NCBI GenBank assembly: GCA_963759805.1
Contig: CAVXAT010000011.1
Location: forward strand, 58,816 to 122,815
Length of the DNA: 64,000 nt
Reading direction: 5' to 3'
DNA from: an uncultured bacterium
GTDB lineage: Bacteria; Babelota; Babeliae; Babelales; RVW-14
The notes beneath the pieces were generated by a model. That model saw only the letters and a program-made list of their open reading frames with translations. It was not told the DNA's origin and ran no database searches. A program made the translations under genes and the position numbers. Of this stretch, positions 49,349-57,976 are shown piece by piece. Position 1 is the first letter of the stretch; each line of letters begins with the position of its first letter.

Positions 49349-50250
49349 ATGAATAAGTTAATTAAATTTGTAAGCCTGGTTGCAATTTTATTCTCCAATC
49401 TTTCATTATCTGCTGTCATGGAAGAACCAACTAGCCTCGCTTCAGAGCCTATAAATTTTTCCGCGGGCAGGGGTCTGCTACATCTTCATCCAGAACAATT
49501 TCTTCTCGTGCCTTACATGAACACATTTTCCCTGGATATCGAAAAAATTGAAGAAATTGAAGGAAATGTAATTAGTTATGACAAAATAAAAGCTTTATCA
49601 TTGTTAATTAACAATAGACCACTAGTGACAGCTGATTACTTAGCATCGTTGGAACCTCAAATTACAATTAATTTGTTACAGAAAAACAATCTAATAAAAG
49701 TTGTATTTGCAAATGCTGAAACATGCCGTAAGAATAGTGCTTTGCTAAAAGATTTAACTGAAGAATTATATACCTAATTTCAGAAATAATCCTGAAAAAT
49801 ATGAAGAGATAGCACAATATATTATAAAGAAAGAAGGACCCTCTAACGTGAGAAGTCGATTAACACCATTAAATAAGTCAGTTTCTAATTTTTTGAAAAT
49901 TATTCTTATGCCCTCGGCTTTTTTGTTTAGCCTGTCATCTTTCAATTTACGAAGAAGTTTCATAAAAAATGGTACCTTACATGCAAATGGGGTATATAGC
50001 CTAACATGCAAATATCTTATTATGATGGCCAAATAATATGTTTGGTAACAACTTGCAATAGAAAAACGTTTAGGGCACATGACGATTACAAGATTGACGG
50101 GCCTAATTTACCGATCCTCCTAAAGAAAAATTTAGAAAATTATTATTTGATAACCTAAATAACATTGACATTGTTGTATATACCATGTGTGAGATGAGAG
50201 AGTTATTAAAGGCAATTGATAATGTTTTAGCATCAGCAGAGACGAATTAA
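49349..50250 (+). pseudogene. Frameshifted paralog of 50253-51155 (pseudogene or sequencing error)
   Basis: Same signal peptide MNKLIKFVSLVAIL; DNA homology runs to ...TMCEMRELL..IDNVLAS stop at 50250 with several indels. Confidence 0.7.
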
Positions 50251-50252
50251 TC

Positions 50253-51155
50253 ATGAATAAGTTAATTAAATTTGTAAGCCTGGTTGCAATTTTGTCCTCC
50301 GATCTTTCATTATATGCCATGGAGCAAGACACCAGCCGCGACATAACCCCTCTATGGTCTTCTGCTGGAGGGGGCATATGTCATATTCAGCCGCAACAAT
50401 TTCTTCTCGTATGTTGTATTGATGGAGCTACCCTGCATACCGGAGAAATTGAAGAAATTGAAGGAAATTTAATTGGTTATGAAAAAGCACGAGCTTTATG
50501 TTTGGCCAAATTGAATGGGCAACAAATTACATTTGATTTTTTACAGAAACATAATCTAATAAACGTTGTATTTGCAAATGCTGCAACATGCAATAAGAAT
50601 AGTGCCTTACTAAAAGATTTAACAAATAGGTATATACCTAATTTCAAGAATGATTCTAAAAGATATGAAGATCTAGCAAAAGATATTATATGGGGAGAAG
50701 AATTCTCTAACGTAACAAGCCTAATAACACCATTAAAGAAAACAGTGCGTGCATTTTTTAAAAATTATTCTTTTCCCTCTGCTTTCTTGTTTAGCTTGTC
50801 CAATCTTTCAGTTTATGAAGAAGAAAAAGAGCGGAACATTTATGTAACTTATGTAACTATGGGGCATAATAAGCCTTCATTCCTAAGTAACGAATTATAT
50901 ATACGAATAAGATTTTTGGTAACACTTGCAATGGAAAGATATACAACTTTCATCTATACGCTGCGAAATTATAGTACGATACAAACGTACGAAAGCGGTT
51001 TCAATCCTTACATTGAAACATCTCTTATTGATCGAGCATTGGGTTGGCGGCAAACTAATGTTGACATTGTTATATATACCATGTGTGAGATGAGAGAGTT
51101 ATTAAACGCAATTGATAATGTTTTAGCAAGCGAATCATCAAGAGAGGCTAAATAA
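50253..51155 (+). CDS. Secreted hypothetical protein (tandem paralog family)
   Basis: Signal peptide; paralogous to both neighbours (TMCEMRELL). Confidence 0.75.
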   Translation: MNKLIKFVSLVAILSSDLSLYAMEQDTSRDITPLWSSAGGGICHIQPQQFLLVCCIDGATLHTGEIEEIEGNLIGYEKARALCLAKLNGQQITFDFLQKHNLINVVFANAATCNKNSALLKDLTNRYIPNFKNDSKRYEDLAKDIIWGEEFSNVTSLITPLKKTVRAFFKNYSFPSAFLFSLSNLSVYEEEKERNIYVTYVTMGHNKPSFLSNELYIRIRFLVTLAMERYTTFIYTLRNYSTIQTYESGFNPYIETSLIDRALGWRQTNVDIVIYTMCEMRELLNAIDNVLASESSREAK

Positions 51156-51250
51156 TTTAGGCTCAAGAAGGAGAAAGGAGAGAACAAAAAGCATTCTTCA
51201 GTAAGTATCTGATTTTTATTTTATAAAAATTTTATAAAAAAGGGGAAAAA

Positions 51251-51934
51251 ATGAAGATAGAAACGAAGATGAAAACTATGTGTACATTCACAATTTTGGC
51301 AGCAAGCTTTTCTTTGCTTACGGCACAAATTTCAGCCATGAAAACCATTGAAGGCTTTGAAATACAACCAAATAAATTGCTAACAACAGTATATGTAAAG
51401 GATTTTTCTATAAATCCCGAAGAATTGGGAAAAATCATTATAAGTGAGGATTGCGTAAAAGGATTAATTGCAGAATATAAACCAATTTTTAATAACCATT
51501 CCCAAATATACGAAAACATAGCACGGGAAATTATAGCGAAATCTAAGGATTTTGCAGGTTTGAAAAAAATAGTTTTTAGATTACAAAATCTTGTTGCACA
51601 CTTTTTTAAAAATTACGATTATGAAGTGGGTCTTAACATATCACTTTCATTAGTAATGGGAACAAATATTCCTGAAAATAATCAATCTGATATTAACATA
51701 AACCAAAATCCTTATCTCGTAAAAAATATGCTCAATTTAGTTAACCTTGCAATCAGAAGAAAAATTGGAACCTACTTTGACACAGATAAAAGCAAAATAT
51801 TAGCACTCCCAACAGCTCCTGCATCAGAATGCAAAACAAAAATATTAGAAACCCTTGATGATAACTACATTATTGCAGTCACAATGTGCGAAATGCGAGA
51901 GTTGTTAATCGAACTATTTTACGCTATAAATTAA
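51251..51934 (+). CDS. Secreted hypothetical protein (diverged third paralog)
   Basis: Signal peptide; Y.P.F.N....YE..A..II, FFKNY and TMCEMRELL shared with 50253. Confidence 0.7.
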   Translation: MKIETKMKTMCTFTILAASFSLLTAQISAMKTIEGFEIQPNKLLTTVYVKDFSINPEELGKIIISEDCVKGLIAEYKPIFNNHSQIYENIAREIIAKSKDFAGLKKIVFRLQNLVAHFFKNYDYEVGLNISLSLVMGTNIPENNQSDININQNPYLVKNMLNLVNLAIRRKIGTYFDTDKSKILALPTAPASECKTKILETLDDNYIIAVTMCEMRELLIELFYAIN

Positions 51935-51962
51935 TTAAATATTTTAACCTAAAAAGTTTTTT

Positions 51963-53888
51963 ATGTGTGGATTTACAGGATATTTCAATATTGATAGTAA
52001 AAGCTTCACCGTCGACGAGCAACTTTTAGAACAGATGCAACAAGCAATTGCTCACAGGGGGCCCGATGCTCATCAAATTTACAAATCGGATGCACATCAG
52101 CTAGGGCTTGCATACAGACGCTTATCAATCATTGACCTGTCCCCTTTAGGCAATCAACCAATGTTTGACAGACAAAAAACTGTTGTTGCCTGTTTTAATG
52201 GTGAAATTTATAACTATCAAGAGTTACGACGCGAACTTGAAAATTTAAATTACGAATTTTTCTCAAAATCCGATACTGAAACAATTTTATACGCATACAA
52301 AGAGTGGGGAATAAATTTTGTACACAAACTTGTTGGTATGTTTGCAATCTGTTTGTATGATTTTGAAAAACGTGAAATTTACCTAATTCGTGACAGAATT
52401 GGGGTCAAGCCACTGTACTTCTCGCTACAATCAAATATTTTAAGCTTTGGCTCTGAAATCAAAGCATTGTGGCACTTGCCCTGGATCAAAAAAGAGATTA
52501 ATCCTGTCGCGCAGTATCACTATCTTACCTTCATGGTTACACCCGCACCATACACAATTTATAATAATATTTATAAACTTCCTGCAGGTTTTTATCTTAA
52601 AATTGATATAAATAAAAATGTAACTTTTCAAGAATGGTATAACCCAATAAAACCAGTAAGTGCAAGCGAAAAAAAACAGTTTGAATCAGAAGATTTTTGT
52701 ACAGAAAATATAACTAATCTGTTAATCGAGTCTACAAAAAAACGGATGATTGCAGATGTCCCCGTAGGCGCATTTTTATCTGGGGGCATTGATTCAAGCC
52801 TGAACGTAGCGCTGATGTCCAGATATGCACATGCTGTAAAAACATTTACAGTTGCGTTCTCCGATGGGCCAGAATCTAATGAAACTAAATGGGCACGAAT
52901 GGTAGCCAAGAAATTTGGAACAGATCACCACGAAGTAATTATCTCAGAGAAAGAAGCTTTTGATTTTTTTCAGACTATGGTTTACCACCTGGACGAGCCC
53001 CTGGCTGACTGCGTTTGCATACCATTTTATTACGTTTCTATGCTGGCCAGAGAAAAGGGAATCGTCGTTGCTCAGGTGGGAGAAGGAGCAGATGAACTAT
53101 TTTTCGGATATGGCACATACGCAACATACAAAAAATTTTATGATAAATTTTGGTATCCAACTCAACAGATAATTCCTGCGTTTGCACGCAAAGCAGCACA
53201 AGCTATACTAAATCCATTTTTAAAATCAAATCCAACCAAATCAGATCTGCTCAAAAACTGGACACATAATCGTGAACTTTTTTGGGGCGGGGCAATTGCA
53301 TTTAATGAGCAACACAAAAGCTTTTTATATAAAGAGAAAGAAGATCTATTTTTCGATCCGGTAGTCGAAAAAATTTATCCGGGCATGCAGCAAAATTTTG
53401 ATAGTTTTTCAATTGTGGATTATCATATGTCAAAATTAAAACAACTCGATCCAACTGCAGATTTTTGCAAGCAAATGCTTTATCTTGAGCTCAAACAAAG
53501 GCTTCCTGAATTGCTTTTAATGAGGGCAGATAAAATGTCTATGGCACAAGGTGTTGAAGCACGCGAACCATTTTTGGATCATAATCTTGTTGAATTTATG
53601 CTTAATGTTCCCGCCCATTTAAAATTTAAAAACAACACAACCAAATATCTCTTAAAGAAAATATGCCGCGGAATTCTACCGGATGAGATAATAGATCGCA
53701 AAAAAGTCGGTTTTGCAGCCCCTACAGTACGATGGTTTAATAGCGGGAAATACTTTCCAGCTTACTTTCAAAATTTAAGTCAAAAACATGGGCCCCCAAA
53801 TAATATCGAAAAGCTTTATAAAAATAGTATGCACGGTACTGCTGTGCAAAAGTGGGTTTTGCAAAATCTATGGGCAATCAAAAATTAG
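51963..53888 (+). CDS. asnB: Asparagine synthase-like glutamine amidotransferase
   Basis: N-terminal MCG, HRGPD, RLSIIDL, NGEIYN, SDTE, LSGGIDSS, GEGADE, RADKMSMA..VEAREPFLD. Confidence 0.94.
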   Translation: MCGFTGYFNIDSKSFTVDEQLLEQMQQAIAHRGPDAHQIYKSDAHQLGLAYRRLSIIDLSPLGNQPMFDRQKTVVACFNGEIYNYQELRRELENLNYEFFSKSDTETILYAYKEWGINFVHKLVGMFAICLYDFEKREIYLIRDRIGVKPLYFSLQSNILSFGSEIKALWHLPWIKKEINPVAQYHYLTFMVTPAPYTIYNNIYKLPAGFYLKIDINKNVTFQEWYNPIKPVSASEKKQFESEDFCTENITNLLIESTKKRMIADVPVGAFLSGGIDSSLNVALMSRYAHAVKTFTVAFSDGPESNETKWARMVAKKFGTDHHEVIISEKEAFDFFQTMVYHLDEPLADCVCIPFYYVSMLAREKGIVVAQVGEGADELFFGYGTYATYKKFYDKFWYPTQQIIPAFARKAAQAILNPFLKSNPTKSDLLKNWTHNRELFWGGAIAFNEQHKSFLYKEKEDLFFDPVVEKIYPGMQQNFDSFSIVDYHMSKLKQLDPTADFCKQMLYLELKQRLPELLLMRADKMSMAQGVEAREPFLDHNLVEFMLNVPAHLKFKNNTTKYLLKKICRGILPDEIIDRKKVGFAAPTVRWFNSGKYFPAYFQNLSQKHGPPNNIEKLYKNSMHGTAVQKWVLQNLWAIKN

Positions 53889-53897
53889 GAAACTTTG

Positions 53898-55229
53898 ATG
53901 ATAAAAAGAAAAACAGCTCTGTTTTTAATACTATTTTCTGTGATTTTTTTAAATCTAGCACTGATACTTTTCTTGCAAGTTTCACAATTAACTCCTTTCT
54001 GTGATATAGATTCAAAAGCTTATATCGAAAAAGCAACTCTACTGTATAAAGAAAATAGTTTTGCGCCAACACCACAAATGCAAAATCAGTTCCCTTACTA
54101 CGCCCTGGGGTACCCAATTATTATGGGAATAATTTTCAAAATATTTTCACCACAAACCGAATGGATCATTTTAATTCAAATTTTATTAACGCTACTCTCT
54201 GCTCTTTTGATTTTTGTTACAGCAAGGCGGATTTTCAACGAAACAGTCGGTCTGATAGCATTTGCACTTACATGTATTAATGTAGGATTTTTAACATTTT
54301 CTCAATTTATTTTAACAGAATCTTTTCTCGCTTTTTTTTTAATACTCTTTTTTGAACGGTTTACAGCCTATCTTTATACCAATAATCGCAAGAATTTAGG
54401 ACAGGCCGCCATGGCTCTGGGTTTGTCCATTCTGATCAAACCGGCAGCTCTTTACTATCCGATACTGCTATTACCATTAATTTATTACACTGCACCAAGC
54501 AGTAAAAAATTAATTTTTATGCTCTTTTTTTCACTGCTATTTGCAGCACCAATTTTGCCATACATGCTTCACAATAAGGCAACATTTAACCAGTTTAAAA
54601 TCGCAAATTTGGATTCAGTAAATGTTTATTTCTGGTTTTATCCAAATGTTTTGGCACAAGAACATGGAACTACTTCAGATATTGAAAGATTAAAACTGCG
54701 ATTTATTGCCGGGCCGGATAACTGCAATTTGGAAGTAATCAAAGAAACGTTTAAGCATGACTTAAAACAAAAGCCTCTGCTTTTTGCATATGTCTGGATC
54801 AAAAATGTATTTAAAACACTTGTGGGATTATTTACAACAAACTTAAAAGTTTTGGTTGAGCCGGCAGTCAAAGGCGGCGACATCTCATTTTTTAAGATTA
54901 AAGGTAAATTACTTGAAAGAACCTGGCTTTACATAGAATCCGGTGCCACATCAACTTGGCTGAAGGCGGTTGGTCTTTATGAGACAATTTGGAGTTTAAT
55001 TCGATATATCTTATGTTTTTTTGCACTCTTGATAATATTTAATAATCGCAGATATACGCTCTTGTATTTTATTGGCTCGTACATTTTTTATTTTTCGATT
55101 ATAACTGGACATGATGGTTGTGCCAGGTTCAGAATGATGTTTGAATTTGTTTTAATTATTCTTGCATCACTAAGTCTGTGGCTTCTGTTCGCAAAGAAAA
55201 AACCTAATGGAGCTAAGGATTTATCATGA
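53898..55229 (+). CDS. GT-C fold membrane glycosyltransferase, paralog 3
   Basis: DS..Y, GYP, LTESFL, LIKPAA, GCARFRM..E; many TMs. Confidence 0.78.
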   Translation: MIKRKTALFLILFSVIFLNLALILFLQVSQLTPFCDIDSKAYIEKATLLYKENSFAPTPQMQNQFPYYALGYPIIMGIIFKIFSPQTEWIILIQILLTLLSALLIFVTARRIFNETVGLIAFALTCINVGFLTFSQFILTESFLAFFLILFFERFTAYLYTNNRKNLGQAAMALGLSILIKPAALYYPILLLPLIYYTAPSSKKLIFMLFFSLLFAAPILPYMLHNKATFNQFKIANLDSVNVYFWFYPNVLAQEHGTTSDIERLKLRFIAGPDNCNLEVIKETFKHDLKQKPLLFAYVWIKNVFKTLVGLFTTNLKVLVEPAVKGGDISFFKIKGKLLERTWLYIESGATSTWLKAVGLYETIWSLIRYILCFFALLIIFNNRRYTLLYFIGSYIFYFSIITGHDGCARFRMMFEFVLIILASLSLWLLFAKKKPNGAKDLS

Positions 55230-56257
55230 ATCACTTTGTTATTCTTGCAGGAGGCAGCGGGCAAAGACTGTGGCCGCTAAGCACAAAAAAATGTCCCAAA
55301 CATCTTATTCCATTTCTTAATAATAAATCTCTTCTCGAGCAAACAATTGAAAGAATAAGTGCATCACAAAATAACCAAAAAATTTGGGTTTTGACAAACC
55401 AAGATCAATTAGAACTCGTTAAAAAATATTTAAATAATTCACAAGTAAATCATTCAAATACAACAGTTGTGGCAGAGCCAATGGCTAGAAACACTGCACC
55501 GGCAATACTGTGGGTATGCGAAAAAATAAACAAATTAGATTCTGATGCAACAATAATTATCTTACCTGCAGACCACTTTATTCCTGAAAAGGAGATTTTC
55601 AATCAAACACTTGAGCATGCAATAACATTTGCACAGAATAACCCCAAAATTGTAACATTGGGAATTGTACCAACCCTGCCGGCCACAGGGTATGGCTACA
55701 TTCAAGCCGATACTTCCGTATCTGAAAATATATTCCCTGTAATTAAATTTCACGAAAAACCTGATCTAGCAAAAGCCAATCAGTATCTAAATCAATACAA
55801 TATGTTTTGGAATGCAGGAATTTTTGTTGGAAAAACTTCAACATTTTTAAATGAGTTCAAAACATGCAGTAAAAAGCTTTTTGATGAAATGCAAAGCTTC
55901 ATGAACGGCAAATCTGACTATGCAGAATTGGAAAATATCTCAATTGATTATGCCGTGATGGAAAAAAGTTCAAATATATCCCTGATTCCTGCAACATTTG
56001 AATGGCACGATGTTGGAAACTTGGCAGTTTTTTTATCATTAAAAAAACGCTTTGACAAAAACATAGAAGATATTATAAATATCGATGGGAAAGATAATTT
56101 AAGCAGCACCAACAAAAAATTGGTTGTATGCGTTGGAGTAAGTGATTTATGCATAGTTGAAACTGATAACATAATTTTGGTATCCAAAAAGGATTGCGCC
56201 GAGAATGTAAAGAATGCTTTGCCAAAAGTCAAACAACTCTATAGCATGGGATTATAA
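55226..56257 (+). CDS. manC: Mannose-1-phosphate guanylyltransferase
   Basis: ILAGGSGQRLWPLS..PK, EPMARNTAPA, PADH, TGYGYI, FHEKP, WNAGIF, SIDYAVMEK, WHDVG. Confidence 0.94.
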   Translation: MNHFVILAGGSGQRLWPLSTKKCPKHLIPFLNNKSLLEQTIERISASQNNQKIWVLTNQDQLELVKKYLNNSQVNHSNTTVVAEPMARNTAPAILWVCEKINKLDSDATIIILPADHFIPEKEIFNQTLEHAITFAQNNPKIVTLGIVPTLPATGYGYIQADTSVSENIFPVIKFHEKPDLAKANQYLNQYNMFWNAGIFVGKTSTFLNEFKTCSKKLFDEMQSFMNGKSDYAELENISIDYAVMEKSSNISLIPATFEWHDVGNLAVFLSLKKRFDKNIEDIINIDGKDNLSSTNKKLVVCVGVSDLCIVETDNIILVSKKDCAENVKNALPKVKQLYSMGL

Positions 56258-56277
56258 ATAAAGAAAGGAAGAGTAAC

Positions 56278-56991
56278 ATGAAAAAACTTGATGAGTTAAT
56301 GCACACGCTCGATGAAAAAGTAGATGCAGAATTGGGTTCTGTTACAAAAAAAGGTCCTTCGAAAAAATTTAAAAAGTATTTCGCAATTTTTAGCGCAACA
56401 GTGCTAGTCAGTCTTTTTATTATATTTTTGGTTAAAACATCAAAAGAAGGCCCTGTTCAGTTGGCCACAATAATTCAAAATGACCTTGAGCAGATCGAAA
56501 AAACTCTAACTGACATAGACACAACCTGCAATATTTTAAGCTTTAATTACGACAATGTACGAATCAACTTTTTCACCGTGGAAAAATTTGTCGGATCAAC
56601 CATAGGATGCCTGAATCTTGCATATCCGGGAAAATGGCATGGGCCTTACATGCAACGCAACCCAACACTGCAAGGCAAATTTTATGAAGTCATGAGAGTA
56701 AAAGAGGGATTTTTTATAACACCCGGCATTGGAGTTAAACTTCCAAGCGGTCAAGTCATTGGCAAAGACTTTGTAATAACACCAAATACGTCCATGACTG
56801 ACCTACTCGCAGATGGTGGACCAATGAATTACAAGGGGCAAGAACTCGCTAGAAAAATTGAATTCAAAATAGGCGACTGGAACAGCGTCTTCACACAAAC
56901 AACAACGGTAGACAAAATTAATGCAGGGTTAAAAGAGTTCAATGAGGCCATGCCTTTTACGCAAGCACAAACCAGCAATAAAAAGGCATAA
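56278..56991 (+). CDS. Membrane-anchored protein with GspG/pseudopilin-like domain
   Basis: Single TM, then a long helix (IQNDLEQIEKTL) and KWHGPYMQRNP resembling the GspG W.GPY motif. Confidence 0.5.
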   Translation: MKKLDELMHTLDEKVDAELGSVTKKGPSKKFKKYFAIFSATVLVSLFIIFLVKTSKEGPVQLATIIQNDLEQIEKTLTDIDTTCNILSFNYDNVRINFFTVEKFVGSTIGCLNLAYPGKWHGPYMQRNPTLQGKFYEVMRVKEGFFITPGIGVKLPSGQVIGKDFVITPNTSMTDLLADGGPMNYKGQELARKIEFKIGDWNSVFTQTTTVDKINAGLKEFNEAMPFTQAQTSNKKA

Positions 56992-57027
56992 GTTTCAGCT
57001 TCTTCATTTAGCCCATTGCTGACGGGT

Positions 57028-57976
57028 CTAGGCACTTTTAAACTGCGCAAATCCCTGTAAAAAATAGTTAGTCAGACCAATTAAGATTTTGTCTGCGATA
57101 TATCGTTGATCTTTCGTGTTACTATCAGCCTGTTTAAAAGATAAAGCAATAAATGCAAGCATTTGTAGATATGGCTGGATATCGGCAACAGATTGAATCG
57201 TGCTATTTTTAACACCTAATTCTTGCCAAACTTTGGCGGCATCACTGCCAAGCTGGTTAGCATTTTTCATTGGAACAAGCATATTAAATAACTGATTAAT
57301 AACAATTTGATCAAAAGTAACAGATTGAAATAAAGCATTTTTAAAGTTTTGCAAAAAAGTTATTATTCTCGCATTCACACAAATTATAAATAAAAAAAAT
57401 CGCCGTTCGTAAAAGATAATATCCCAGAATTCCAGACAGCCCACCGGCCAAATTTATTAGAATTTTTTGCAGAGACGTGTATTTTTTTTGCTTATATTTT
57501 CCCTGTGCATCTGATTCCGACGTATTAAAACCGGACATGGGATCAAAACCGTCGATACTAAGATATTTTGAGTTAATTAGCGACTGATCTCTTTCATCAC
57601 AATTCTTATCCGCAAAATTCTTACCTAAATGTATTTTGAAATCTGATCCTGTTAAGATTTTTTTTGCAATTCCATGGCCAAGTTCATGGAAAAATGTGCA
57701 TGCAAAATTCATGCAGTATGTTGATGCAAAATTAAGCGCTAAATTTTCTGGTTTAAACTGAGATTCCAAAGATTCAGGCATCTGATTGGCTTGGGCTTGA
57801 TAAACGCCCAAAAACATTAATGCCAGCAAACAAGAACCAATTGCAACGTTATGTTTCAAATCACCTGGAGCACCTGAAATTTCAGGTTTAATTTGTGCTT
57901 GACCAGATAATAAACCAGCTCCAGAACCATTAAATAATATAGAAATTAAAAAAACCCAAACCCAACGCTTAGGCAT
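57028..57976 (-). CDS. M50-like zinc metallopeptidase membrane protein, frameshifted at an A6 run (57353-57358)
   Basis: HELGH, INLAGG, then N.LVP...GSDAAKVW in the next frame; removing one T from AAC TTTTTT G joins the frames. Confidence 0.6.
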
